This document shows positions 1 through 10,991 of a stretch of DNA of 64,000 nt, in pieces. Position 1 is the first letter of the stretch. Every line of letters begins with the position of its first letter. The notes beneath the pieces were generated by a model that saw only the letters and a program-made list of their open reading frames with translations, was not told the DNA's origin and did no database searches. The translations under genes and the position numbers were made by a program. This DNA comes from Macrostomum lignano (lineage: Eukaryota). The DNA lies in NCBI GenBank assembly GCA_002269645.1, contig NIVC01003648.1, positions 1 to 64,000 on the forward strand. Direction: 5' to 3'.

Positions 1-325
1 ATAAATGAAGTAGTTCAGGTAAAGTGCTCGCTTGATGAAGAGTAAATAAATAAAGGTAAATATCAAAATGAAGTTAGTTATTTATTTATTTGAGTTGCCG
101 ATGCATTTCGTCCATCAATTGGACATCTTCAGGGCGAAGTTTATTTGAACAAAGTTATTTAACGCAAACAGTATATATATAGTGAGTGAAGTACATGTAA
201 TTTTGATGGTTTAAAAACTTGTACATATTAATCGAAAGTAGAAGCATTATTGGTAGGGGAGAATGCATGTCGGTTTCATTCCAGTCCGGTTATTAGCAAG
301 GTAAACTAGAATATGCAGAGTTAAA

Positions 326-1125
326 GTAGTTCAGCTATCAATAGAGTAGTTCAGGTATAAATGAAGATGTTCAGGCGTCGATGAAGTTGTTCAGATGTCG
401 GTGGAGATGTTCAGGTGTCGGTGGAGATGTTCAGGTGTCGTAGAGATGTTCAGGTGTCTGTGGAGATGTTCAGGTGTCGGTGAAGTTGTTCAGGTGTCTG
501 TGGAGTTGTTCAGGTTGTCTGTGGAGTTGTTCAGGTGTCTGTGGAGATGTTCAGCTGTCGGTGAAGTTGTTCAGGTGTCTGTGGAGTTGTTCAGGTGTCT
601 GTGGAGTTGTTCAGGTATAAATGAAGATGTTCAGGTGTCGATGAAGTTGTTCAGCTGTCGGTGAAGTTGTTCAGGTGTCGGTGGAGATGTTCAGGTGTCT
701 GTGGAGATGTTCAGGTGTCTGTGGAGATGTTCAGCTGTCGGTGAAGTTGTTCAGGTCGGGTGGAGATGTTCAGGTGTCTGTGGAGATGTTCAGGTGTCGG
801 TGAAGTTGTTCAGGTGTCTGTGGAGTTGTTCAGGTATAAATGAAGATGTTCAGGTGTCTGTGGAGATGTTCAGGTGTCTGTGGAGATGTTCAGCTGTCGG
901 TGAAGTTGTTCAGGTGTCGGTGGAGATGTTCAGGTGTCTGTGGAGATGTTCAGGTGTCGGTGAAGTTGTTCAGGTGTCTGTGGAGTTGTTCAGGTATAAA
1001 TGAAGATGTTCAGGTGTCGGTGAAGTTGTTCAGGTGTCGGCGGAGATGTTCAGGCGTCGGTGCAGATGTTCAGGCGTCGGTGAAGTTGTTCAGATGATGT
1101 TTAGGTATCAATGAAGCTGTTCAGA
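326..1125. repeat. minisatellite, about 20-bp unit gtggagatgttcaggtgtcg/gtgaagttgttcaggtgtct
   Basis: Direct inspection; source of ORFs 395, 695 and 840. Confidence 0.95.
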
Positions 1126-1249
1126 TGCATGCTATTGAGAAGCTGTGAGAGTTAGCTGCTCATTGATTCAATAAGATTGCAGGGTTGGGAGTAATCTGCC
1201 GAAAAAATTCAAACAGAGATACGTAACCTCTGTTGCCCTCCCTTCACAG

Positions 1250-1376
1250 GTCACGGCGCCGATGTCCGCAGCGTAGCCTGGCACCCGCATAAATCCTTGG
1301 TGATCTCCGGCAGCAAAGACGCTCAGCAGCCCATTAAGTTATGGGACCCGAAAAGTGGCGAATCTTTGACTACGCT
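1250..1376 (+). CDS. WDR33: WDR33 exon (WD40 repeat GHGADV...ESLTTL)
   Basis: cacag| at 1249, |gtaagc at 1377; open frame matching the WDR33 WD repeat. Confidence 0.93.
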
Positions 1377-4300
1377 GTAAGCTTTTTTAGTGAAAGTCTG
1401 CTGATTTTGCTGCCAACTCGACCAGAGAATCGCCCAACCAGACCAGAGAATCGCCCCAACCAGACCAGAGAATCGCCCCCAACCAGACTAGAGAATCGCC
1501 CCCAACCAGACTAGAGAATCGCCCCCAACCAGACCAGAGAATCGCCCTCAACCAGACCAGAGAATCGCCCTCAACCAGACCAGAGAATCGTCCCCAACCA
1601 GACCAGAGAATCGTCCCCAACCAGACCAGAGAATCGCCCCAACCAGACCAGAGAATCGCCCCCAACCAGACCAGAGAATCGTCCCAACCAGACCAGAGAA
1701 TCGCCCCCAACCAGACCAGAGAATCACCCTCAACCAGACCAGAGAATCGTCTTAACTGCCACTCAACACCAACAGCTATGTGCACAAGAACACTTGCACA
1801 GACGTGCAGTGGAACCGCAACGGCAATTGGTTTCTGACAGCTTCAAGAGACAACCTCATAAAGCTATTTGACGTGCGCAACCTGCGCCAGGATTTGCAAA
1901 CATTTCGTGGACACAAGAAGGACGTCATGCGGGTTGCCTGGCACCCAGAGTACGAGTCACTGTTTGCCAGCGCGGCGCCGACGGTGCCATGATGTTCTGG
2001 AACGTCGGCACCAGAACGGACGTCGGCTGTGTTGAAGACGCGCACGAGAACATGATCTGGTCTCTGGCCTGGCACCCGCTCGGCACATCATTGTCACCGG
2101 GTCGAACGACTTCTCCACGTGAGATCCATTTTTGAGATCGATTGACTTCATTTTATTACTTGCAGTAGACAATTTAGCAAGTTGCTAAATCCTCACTTTT
2201 TGTCGTTCAAAAAAACCGCAGCAAATTCTGGAGCGCAACCGCAACCGGCCCGGCGACGTGATCCGCGACGCCCCAAAGTCGTGCCCGGCGGCGCCGTCGC
2301 AGCCCCTGTCACCGGCGTTGTCGACCGTCGTGACCATCGACAGCAGGCTGGCGGGCATCATCGGCAGCAAATCCAGCAGCATCACCACCATCGGGATCAT
2401 CATCACCATCACCATCAACGAGGAGGAGGCGGCAGCAACTTCAGAGGCGGTCGTGGGGGACGGGCCGGCGGTCGCGGAGGCCATTTTCATCAGGGCTACC
2501 GCGGCGGAGGCGGCAGCTTCCGTGGTGGCCACGGCGGCGGAGGGGTGGGTTGTCTGTTGAGTGTCTGTTAAGAATGTATTTTCCTTACAGACATTGTGTC
2601 TGCTTGATTATCGGGATATACACTGGGTCTCTGCTTGATTATCGGGACATACAATGGGTCTCTGCTTGATTATCGGGACATACACTGGGTCTCTGCTTGA
2701 TTATCGGGACATACACTGGGTCTCTGCTTGATTATCGGGACATACACTGGGTCTCTGCTTGATTATCGGACATACACTGGGTCTCTGCTTGATTATCGGG
2801 ACATACACTGGGTCTCTGCTTGATTATCGGGACATACACTGGGTCTCTGCTTGATTATCGGGACATACACTGGGTCTCTGCTTGATTATCGGGACATACA
2901 CTGGGTCTCTGCTTGATTATCGGACATACACTGTGTCTCTGCTTGATTATCGATACATACACTGTGTCTCTGCTTGATTATCCGGACATACATTGTGTCT
3001 CTGCTTGATTATCCTGACAGACATTGTGTCTCTGCTTGATTATCCGGACAGACATTGTGTCTGCTTGATTATCCGAACAGACATTGTGTCTGCTTGATTA
3101 TCCGAACAGACATTGTGTCTGCTTGATTATCCGGACAGACATTGTGTCTGCTTGATTATCCGGACAGACATTGTGTTTGTGATTGATTTTGCTGAATCCT
3201 ACGATCGATTGACAGCTGGTATTTAGGTATCTAGGCGAATATTTCCTGGAAAGTTTTCATTCCTCACTTTATATAGCTGACAGACTCCGCATTGAATGAA
3301 TCCCCTCCCCTCCCACCTCCCATTTCAAGGGCGCCCCTGCGGCGGCCGCACATCACGGCCCGGTGCAAACTCCTTCAAACGTTCGCGTCGGCCCCAACCT
3401 GCGCTTCAAGCCGGGCGTCCGCGCCAACGATGACGAATCGGCCATCCCGGCGCTGGGCGACGGCACCGCGCAGAACATCCCGGGCATTCGGAGCAGCGCC
3501 GCAGAAGCCGACGCGGCTGGAGGCGGCGAAGAGTCCGGCGAGCCGCGTCAGCCGAGAAAGCGGCCAGCTAGCAAGGCCATACCAAAGAGTTTCCAGGCAG
3601 CCTGGGTGAAGGCCCGGCCCGGCCTGCCGGGTTTGGAGGGCGCCGATGAGCTGGAGGACGAATCGTTCATCCCCATGGCTGACACTCCCGCGCCGGGACC
3701 CCCGATTCGGGGGGTGGCGCCGGCCTGCGTAAGTGGCTCCCTTTTTTCAACCTGTCTTTAAACTTCGTGACTGGCTTCCGTTTGTCTCAATTGGCTTCCG
3801 TTTGTCTCAATTGGCTTCCGTTTGTCTCAATTGGCTTCCGTTTGTCTCAATTGGCTTCCGTTTGTCTCAATTGGCTTCGTTTGTCTCAATTGGCTTCCGT
3901 TTGTCTCAATTGTCTCTTCCGTTTGTCTCAATTGGCTTCCGTTTGTCTCAATTGGCTTCCGTTTGTCTCAATTGCTTCCGTTTGTCTCAATTGGCTTCCG
4001 TTTGTCTCATTGGCTTCCGTTTGTCTCAATTGGCTTCCGTTTGTCTCAATTGGCTTTTCTTTCTTTTTTTCTATTGGCTTCATTCCCTAGTTGCCTAATT
4101 CATTCCCTAGTTCTTCATTCCCTAGTTGCCTAACCTTCATTCCCAGTTGCCTAATTCATTCCCAGTTGCCTAAGCTTCATTCCCTAGTTGCCTAATTTCA
4201 TTCCCTAGTTGCCTAACCTTCATTCCCTAGTTGCCTAACCTTCATTCCCTAGTTGCCTAACCTTCATTCCCTAGTTGCCTAACCTTCATTCCCCAGTTGC

Positions 4301-6229
4301 CTAACCTTCATTCCCTAGTTGCCTAACCTTCATTCCCAGTTGCCTAACCTTCATTCCCAGTTGCCTAACCTTCATTCCCTAGTTGCCTAACCTTCATTCC
4401 CTAGTTGCCTAACCTTCATTCCCTAGTTGCCTAACCTTCATTCCCAGTTGCCTAACCTTCATTCCCAGTTGCCTAACCTTCATTCCCTAGTTGCCTAACC
4501 TTCATTCCCAGTTGCCTAACCTTCATTCCCTAGTTGCCTAAGCTTCATTCCCCAGTTGCCTAACCTTCATTCCCAGTTGCCTAACCTTCATTCCCTAGTT
4601 GCCTAACCTTCATTCCCTAGTTGCCTAACCTTCATTCCCTAGTTGCCTAACCTTCATTCTTCCCCAGATGCCCGAGTATCATCCCGACTAGTTTTTCTAT
4701 GTATTCAGTGTTATTCTATATTGATTTTACCAGACCATAAAGTCCATTACAGGATAGACTTGTAATTGTTTTCCATTTGCTCGGGGAGAAAGTTTTTCGA
4801 ATTTTCCTAATGACACTTCTCGCAATACGGTTGCTTAATTGGTTTGAATGTTGTGTACTTTTCATATTTACTAATTTGTCCGCGGACTGGCCAGAGTTAT
4901 CACCCCTATATTTCAGGAAGTTGTAGAAATTTTCCTAGATTATACTTATATTGTTACAGTCCTATTGTAAATTATTTAATAGCATTGTACTATTGCCTAA
5001 GTAGGTATTGCAGCAATGCCTTTGAATTATTTAGTGCAATTTGACAGGAGGGCGCAGGCTGCAATTCTTTTTACTCTGCCCAAGTGTCAGGGTTTGGCAA
5101 TCATTCAACAGTGACACGCTTTAGGAATGAGAAACTAGACAAGTGAGAGGCCTGCTAAGCATGCAGATTGACAGCAGAGTAGGAGACATCTCAACAGCAT
5201 CTGAGATTAGATGCTTTGTAGTGCTAGTGAGAAGCGGCTAGCCTGGTAGAGTGCTTTGTGAGAGTGGCTAAGAGAGTGGACTGCGTGGCTTGTATAGTAG
5301 GCTGAGTAGGCACTGTAGGACTAGTCGTATTAAGTGTGGATACACTGGTAGGGTAGACCGTTTAGGGTAGAGTAGACTGTTGGTAAAGTAGATTGTGAGG
5401 GTACGAGCTTAGAGTAGAATGGTTAGGGTAGAGAGTAGACTGTACTGTAAAGTAAACCGTTCAGGGTAGAATAGTGTGTGGGTAGAGTAGACTGTGGGTA
5501 AAGTAGACTGTGGATAGAGTAGACTAATTAGGGTAGAATAGACTGATCAGACTTAGTTGGGGTAGAGTGAAACGATGGGGAGAGTAGATTAGGTAGTCGA
5601 AATCGACTGATTATGGTAAGGCAGACTGAGTGGGTAGAGTAGACTTGGTGGGTAGAGTAGATGTATCGGGTAACTAACATCTGCAGACTGAATGGGTAAA
5701 GCCTATTGAGTGGGTAGACTGCTGCAGAATGGCTTGACAGATTCAGTCAGTCAAAAACCCAATCTTGTTCGCCACAGAACACCACGAAAACCCGTACGCG
5801 GCCACGCCTGGCCCCATGGGCGCCTACGGCATTCGCCGTTCAGAGTCCCGCCGAGGCCAGCCGCCGCAGCAGGGGGGAATCGGCGGCTCAGACAAAGGCG
5901 AAGGCGATTCTTACGGCAATTACGGAGCCTACGGCGATTCGGGCGAGTCCTACGAGGAGCCGCCGATGCCGCAGCAGCAGCGGCGTGGCGGCTACCCTTT
6001 TCCGCCCAGCCGCAGTTCCGCGGCCCGAGGCCGCCGCCGATGCCGCCGCTCGGGCAGAAGCGCGGCTGGGACGGCGCCCGATGGGTTCCAGCGGGCGGCC
6101 TCCATGGGGCCCCGGGCCGCGATTTCCTGGCGCCGGAGGCGGCCCCAAATGCGGCCGAGACCGCCTCACTATCAGCAGCAGCATCGTGGAGGCTGGCTAA
6201 TGAGGATAATGAGGCTGATAATGGGTTGA
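1250..6229 (+). CDS. WDR33: pre-mRNA 3'-end processing protein WDR33 (Pfs2/FY family), 5'-partial, with apparent frameshifts
   Basis: Exons 1250-1376, 1776-2118, 2222-2544, 3330-3728, then 5741 to about 6229 (or 4668-4691). Translation [79 protein letters not shown]...GHKKDV..VAWHP...[36 protein letters not shown] and later [11 protein letters not shown] closely follow human WDR33 as recalled (GHGADVKCVDWHP...KFWTRNRPGD...AKPIPAQFQQAW). Splice phases agree. Upstream exons are not seen in the window. Confidence 0.93.
1415..1750. repeat. minisatellite, 20-22-bp unit aaccagaccagagaatcgcccc
   Basis: Fills most of WDR33 intron 1377-1775. Confidence 0.95.
1776..2118 (+). CDS. WDR33: WDR33 exon (WD40 repeats), two apparent 1-nt deletions
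   Basis: aacag| at 1775, |gtgaga at 2119; homology continues only after -1 shifts near 1972 (FAS-GADG) and 2084 (HPLG-HII). Confidence 0.9.
2222..2544 (+). CDS. WDR33: WDR33 exon (end of WD40, then His/Gln/RGG-rich segment), two apparent 1-nt deletions
   Basis: ccgcag| at 2221, |gtgggt at 2545 (phase 0); KFW then RNRPGD after a -1 shift near 2233; His/RGG-rich frame after a further -1 shift near 2272. Confidence 0.8.
2590..3172. repeat. minisatellite, 28-31-bp unit ctgcttgattatcgggacatacactgggtct
   Basis: Fills most of WDR33 intron 2545-3329. Confidence 0.95.
3330..3728 (+). CDS. WDR33: WDR33 exon (post-WD40 region, IPALG...[11 protein letters not shown])
   Basis: Long pyrimidine tract + aag| at 3329 (phase 0), |gtaagt at 3729; contains WDR33-like IPG and IP.xFQ.AW motifs. 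Confidence 0.85.
3770..4055. repeat. minisatellite, 20-bp unit ttggcttccgtttgtctcaa
   Basis: Starts about 40 bp after the donor at 3729. Confidence 0.95.
4078..4667. repeat. minisatellite, 21-22-bp unit gcctaaccttcattccc(t)agtt
   Basis: About 27 units; the last unit merges into an acceptor-like site at 4667. Confidence 0.95.
4668..4691 (+). CDS. WDR33: possible short alternative last exon of WDR33 (MPEYHPD*)
   Basis: Strong acceptor cctaaccttcattcttccccag| at 4667; phase 0 matches donor 3728; 7 codons then TAG. Confidence 0.3.
   Translation: MPEYHPD
5330..5720. repeat. degenerate minisatellite gtgggtagagtagact
   Basis: Recurring ggtagagtagact words with many substitutions. Confidence 0.7.
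5741..6229 (+). CDS. WDR33: probable WDR33 terminal exon, Gly/Pro/Gln/Tyr-rich low-complexity tail
   Basis: GC-rich coding-like island. Phase-0 acceptors at 5740 and 5746 fit the donor at 3728. Reads [30 protein letters not shown] / [14 protein letters not shown] / [17 protein letters not shown] / [18 protein letters not shown] across three -1 shifts. Exact stop is uncertain (6198-6229). Confidence 0.6.
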   Translation: MQSVKNPILFATEHHENPYAATPGPMGAYGIRRSESRRGQPPQQGGIGGSDKGEGDSYGNYGAYGDSGESYEEPPMPQQQRRGGYPFPPSRSSAARGRRRCRRSGRSAAGTAPDGFQRAASMGPRAAISWRRRRPQMRPRPPHYQQQHRGGWLMRIMRLIMG

Positions 6230-6505
6230 TAATGAGGCTGATAAGGAGATTAATAATGAGGCTGATAATGAGATTGATAATGAGGCTGATAATGAGATTG
6301 ATAATGTGGCTGATAAGATGACAATGATTGATAATGAGCTGATAATGAGGCTGATAAGATTGACAATGAGATTGATAATGAGATTGATAATGTGGTGATA
6401 ATGAGGCTGACAATGATTGACAATGAGATTGATAATGGCTGATAATGATGACAATGAGATTGACAATGAGACTGATAATGTGGCTGATAATGAGGCTGAC
6501 AATGA
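6196..6505. repeat. 12-bp minisatellite ataatgaggctg/ataatgagattg
   Basis: Direct inspection; begins at the end of the WDR33 tail exon. Confidence 0.9.
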
Positions 6506-8607
6506 TGAAACTAACCCAAGTGTTACGAGTACATCTAACTTGAGATTCCCCACATTTCCGAGCCCTGCACCTGCTCTAATAGTCTATTAAGTTATAACTT
6601 TGCCTTCTCCTGCTCATGTTAAAGTTATGTACTGCATTATAATAATTAAATTACATTGCGGAGGAGCCAGTACCCGAGCTCGCTATTTCACTATTAATCT
6701 TACTCCTTTCCGTAATTAATTTGTTATTAGGTAACTCGCGTATGTTAAAAGCCTATTTAACTATTTGTTGTGTAAATATAAGCCATTGTTTACCTGCCAC
6801 TGAATAGGCTTAACTGAATATTTTATTGCCCTGTTGCTAGCCCCGGTACCACCCCACTGCCGCACTCGGTTCGGCTCTTGCGGGGCTTGTTGGTGGCTTC
6901 GGTTAATAAGAAAATTCTGAACTGTTTTTTGTGTTTATTTGTAATGATTTTTAATCAATTTGCGCTCTACGGGCTCGCCGTTTTGCCTCTGCCCCTGCTC
7001 GCAGGCAGTGCCACTTCTCTAATGCTGCTCTGCCTTTTCTGCATGCACTCCTTTGATCCGCTGTGCAACCTTACCTGTTCCTCTCTCTGCCCTTCCTCTC
7101 TCCTCTCCCGTATCGGCTGCGGGCCAGATGAGAGTGGAAAGGAAAGAGAATGGAAGATCAAAAATTAGAGAAGGGAGGGAGTGGAGAGAAGAGGGGAGAG
7201 AGGACAGAGAGATAGAGGAGAAAGAACAGAGAAAAAGAGGGACATAGAGGAGCGAGAGAAGAGTAGAGATGGGCAGATAGACAGAGATAAAAGTGGGGGA
7301 AAAGCAGGACCCGAGGTCCGGATAGAGAGGCTGCGCCCGCCGCATGTATCCCGCAGGATGAAGCTTGCCGACCCCTGGTTTAGCTTGTCAGTCATGTTGG
7401 GTGGATAAATCATAAATTAATTCATTTAAAAGGTGCATTTACACAACGGATACTTAAAGTTACATAACGAGTAGATAAGTTCTTACTTATTCTTCAATTA
7501 CACAAGAAGCGTGCAAACAGTCAACCGAACCAGCGCGACCGAAAAAGAGACTGTAGGACAGAAGCCTGTTATTATAGCGCTGTTGGCTGCACAGAGATAA
7601 GGCCTGGATGGATGACTGGTGTTTTTCCAACTGTCTCTACTGACGTGGTGTTTGCTCTGGTGCTGATCGGACTTCGCTAACAGATGCGTCCCTGCCTTGC
7701 TGGAGCCCTCGGATTCATTAGTGCAAAGCCTGCGGCTACGGATGCAGTATCTTTGGTGTGCGTCCTGCATGAAGAAAATGACAATTGCTGCCTGCATGCT
7801 TTCCTATCGTTGACCATGTCCTCTCCGTGTCGAGTCATGCGACAGGAAAAAATTGTTGTAAAGTTGATTCAATTCAGACGACAAGGGAAACAGTTCCAGG
7901 ACAGGAGCTGTCTTGTTCGTCAAGGTCCTTGCTGCGTCACTGTTAAAACTTGCTCGCTGAGTTTGGTCTAGGTTGCTAGACATCGCTGCAGGATGAGCAC
8001 AGATCCGGGAGGCCATGAGATGCAGTGACGCCTTAAAAAATCTGCACTGAATTCAGGACTACCAGGAGATTTGTCAGGATGTTGGTACGATTTGGATTCG
8101 GAAGCATTTATACCATTCTGAAGGAACACTTTGACTGACTTGCTGACTTGCCAATGGGTTCCTCATCAGCTGCCTTGGTGAATTGTAGGACACCCGAGCC
8201 TCCTGATGCCACTTGATGCTCAAAATGAAAGCTGTTGACGGATCTGGGACCCTCTTTAGGACTAAGATTGTGCGATGAATTTTTTACTCGTCACAGCCGA
8301 ATTTAAAGTGTCGGCAAGCAGATCGCTTCTACATCTATTCAATTAGAAAATGGTTAGAAATTCTTAGTGGATAAACGACAGTTTCCCATCAATGTCTTTG
8401 CTGCATATCGAAGCAGACTTCATTTTCTTTCTGTCGTGTTATTTATTGTTTATAGGGTCTAATCTTGAATTGCGCTGTGAAGGATACCAAAGATGGCTTC
8501 AAATCATGCGATTTCGTCAAAGTATACTCGTAACTGACGGCTAACAAAAGAGAACAAGAACAAGGCACACCGCCGGGAACAAAGTACATGTACAGTTCAT
8601 AAAAATG

Positions 8608-8770
8608 TCAGATGAGTTTCCTCAGCGCGAGCTCTCTAAAGGCGGCAACAACGTGCGCCTGGCCGATCACCCCAGCGTCATCCAGCAGGCAATTCACGTA
8701 GCGGCGCGTCCGGCCGTAGCCCTGGCGTCAGGGGTTAAATAGGTGGATAGCACGCTCGTAGCTTCCTTTG
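8608..8770 (-). pseudogene. decayed coding fragment of unidentified protein (TRRYVNCLLDDAG), homologous to 62010-62345
   Basis: GC3-rich frame SYERAIHLFNP*RQGYGRTRRYVNCLLDDAGVIGQAHVVAAFRELALRKLI*; ungapped similarity to the 62-kb fragment. Confidence 0.5.
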
Positions 8771-9600
8771 TGACTGCTAGATTTCGATTTCCAAGTGTTA
8801 TTTGAGCCAAGCTTGGCATCGCATTTCTACAACTTTGTCTGTTGAAGAGCAATTTGCAGGCGTTATTTGGGCGTCTTATTCAGGCATCTCTAACCACAGC
8901 CTTGATGGCTCCTCAAGTTGGCGCGGTCAGCAAGTAAAATCGATCGAATAAGCGCTGTAGTCTCCGATCCTCCGGGCCTGCTGCATCAGTCTATGCTAAT
9001 GAGGCCCGATCGGCCAATATATAAATATGTAAGCTGGACACTGCCCAACAGCCAGCTAATTATGCAGCTTTGTAGTAGGTTAGTCGATCGCTCCGGCTAT
9101 GGGCAATTTCTTGCTATTTCCGCGCACTTTGCAAATATATGAATTTTCGCACCCGCGCTCAACTAGTCCCCGACTACTGCTGGCCAAGAGAGTGGCAAAA
9201 TTGTAAGAACTGTAGCCAAATATTTTGAGGCACAAGTCGCCTACATCGTCTGTGCGCCCCTGGCTTTGCTTTGCCTTTTGACGGCATTACTCTGTCCGTC
9301 TTCTGCCCCTGTCAATGCATGCAGGCTCAAGCAATTCGATTTGCAGCTGCGACTATAGGAATATCAAGCCTATATCTGTGATGCCACTGATACGGGCATA
9401 CGAGAGAGACTTCCTTTATGATTCAATCGCTGATTTTTCTATTATGACAGACAGTCGCGCCCCGATCTCATTGATTAGCTGTCCAAAAAAAGACAGCCTC
9501 AATGCAGCTCCTTGGGATATGATAGTTGCTTCCGGATGGTAGGGTCCAGGGCAACTCAAACACTGAAATATTTATTCTCATTGTAACAAACTACGATTAG

Positions 9601-9785
9601 AGTGTCAGAGCTGTCAAATCAGGGTGTCAGAGCTGCAAAATCAGGGTGTCAGAGCTGCCAAATCAGGGTGTCAGAGCTGCCAAATCAGGGTGTCAGAGAT
9701 GCCAAATCAGGGTGTCAGAGCTGCCAAATCAGGGTGTCAGAGCTGCCAAATCAGGGTGTCAGAGATGCCAAATCAGGGTGTCAGA
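9601..9785. repeat. 21-bp minisatellite gtcagagctgccaaatcagggt
   Basis: About 8-9 units. Confidence 0.95.
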
Positions 9786-10966
9786 CATTTTGAATACACA
9801 TCAATAATAACACTGGAGATAAGCTTCCTGTCCATTTTCAAGATTTCATGCTTTTCGACTTGGAAAATTTCAACAGATTAGCACAGTTAGAAGCCTCTTG
9901 CTCCAAACTTGACCTCAATTACTCTCAATTTTTTACTCTTCCTAAGCCGGGGGCGAAATTCTGTGACCGGCTAATAAAAGTACATCAAGCAGCCTAATGC
10001 CTTCTATTGCCGCGGACTTCGCCAGGAGCCGAGCGAGTAGCGGACCCTGCTGCATATTGTCACAGCATCTGCCAGTCAGCGCGGGAACTCAATTATCATC
10101 AGCTCACTCTCATTCTAGCAGCTTTTCCACTCTCCGTGTGCGCCTCCATTCTCTGCCCCCCCCATTTTCATTGTCCCTATCCTATTTGCACAGCCTGCAG
10201 GAACTCGCTTTGTACAGTGCAGGCTTTGATAATGGCTGGATTTTGGCAATATTCACTGCTTACAAACTGGGTTTAAAGAAGTTCAGCGAAGCTTTACAGT
10301 ACTCGTACACTAAAATCTTAAGACATTCATCAAGTTGCGTCTCAAAATAACTGTCGAGTTTTTTCCTGAACATTGGATTTTACGAGAACATTTTCAGCCT
10401 TGATTCCGAACCTTCTGTAGGTAACACAATGACAATGTCAAGCATCGGACTCCGATTACTTTCTCCTGCAAAGCCTGCTAAAGACACACGATGGGGATAC
10501 CGTACGAGCCCTGGGCCCGGTTGAGGCAGAAATGTCAAGGACGGATTTCCTTCTCTTCCCCTCTCTGTGATTCACATTGTGATCAGATTAGTTGAATTGT
10601 AAACAGGCTCGGGGGAGAAAGCGGCTGATTGACAGAGCGCAGGGTAAGACAGTGGGAGAGGGGGCGAAGGACTGGCACCGGGGGCCCTATAGAGGGCAGA
10701 AGCAGCCTGAGAGGAGGGGATCAAGCGAACAATCAAGGGATAAAAAACGACTGTGGCTTTTCCACCGCAGCTCAGTTGGTTTTCTTTGCAAACCCCTACT
10801 GCGATTGGCTGGACCGCTCTGTCGGCCAACTGCACGGGAGTTTATCATATCTGCCTAATAGCTCTCGCCATTGAAATCGTTGCCTTAAAATTAGCAGTAC
10901 TGTGCTGTGGGACCGTCTGGCCGTTCCTGCATCCTCCATCCTCAGAGCAGTCAGCTGATTGGCAGC

Positions 10967-10991
10967 ATGCAACCGGATGGGAATCAGAAAG
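10967..10991 (+). CDS. possible alternative first coding exon of the stomatin-like gene (MQPDGNQK)
   Basis: gcATGc start and perfect AAG|GTGAGT donor at 10992; phase 1, compatible with the stomatin exon 2 acceptor. No homology support. Confidence 0.3.

Noticed and set aside
7440-8400. Possible transposase remnant on the minus strand
   Set aside because: Short broken ORFs with no recognisable catalytic motif, TIR or TSD.
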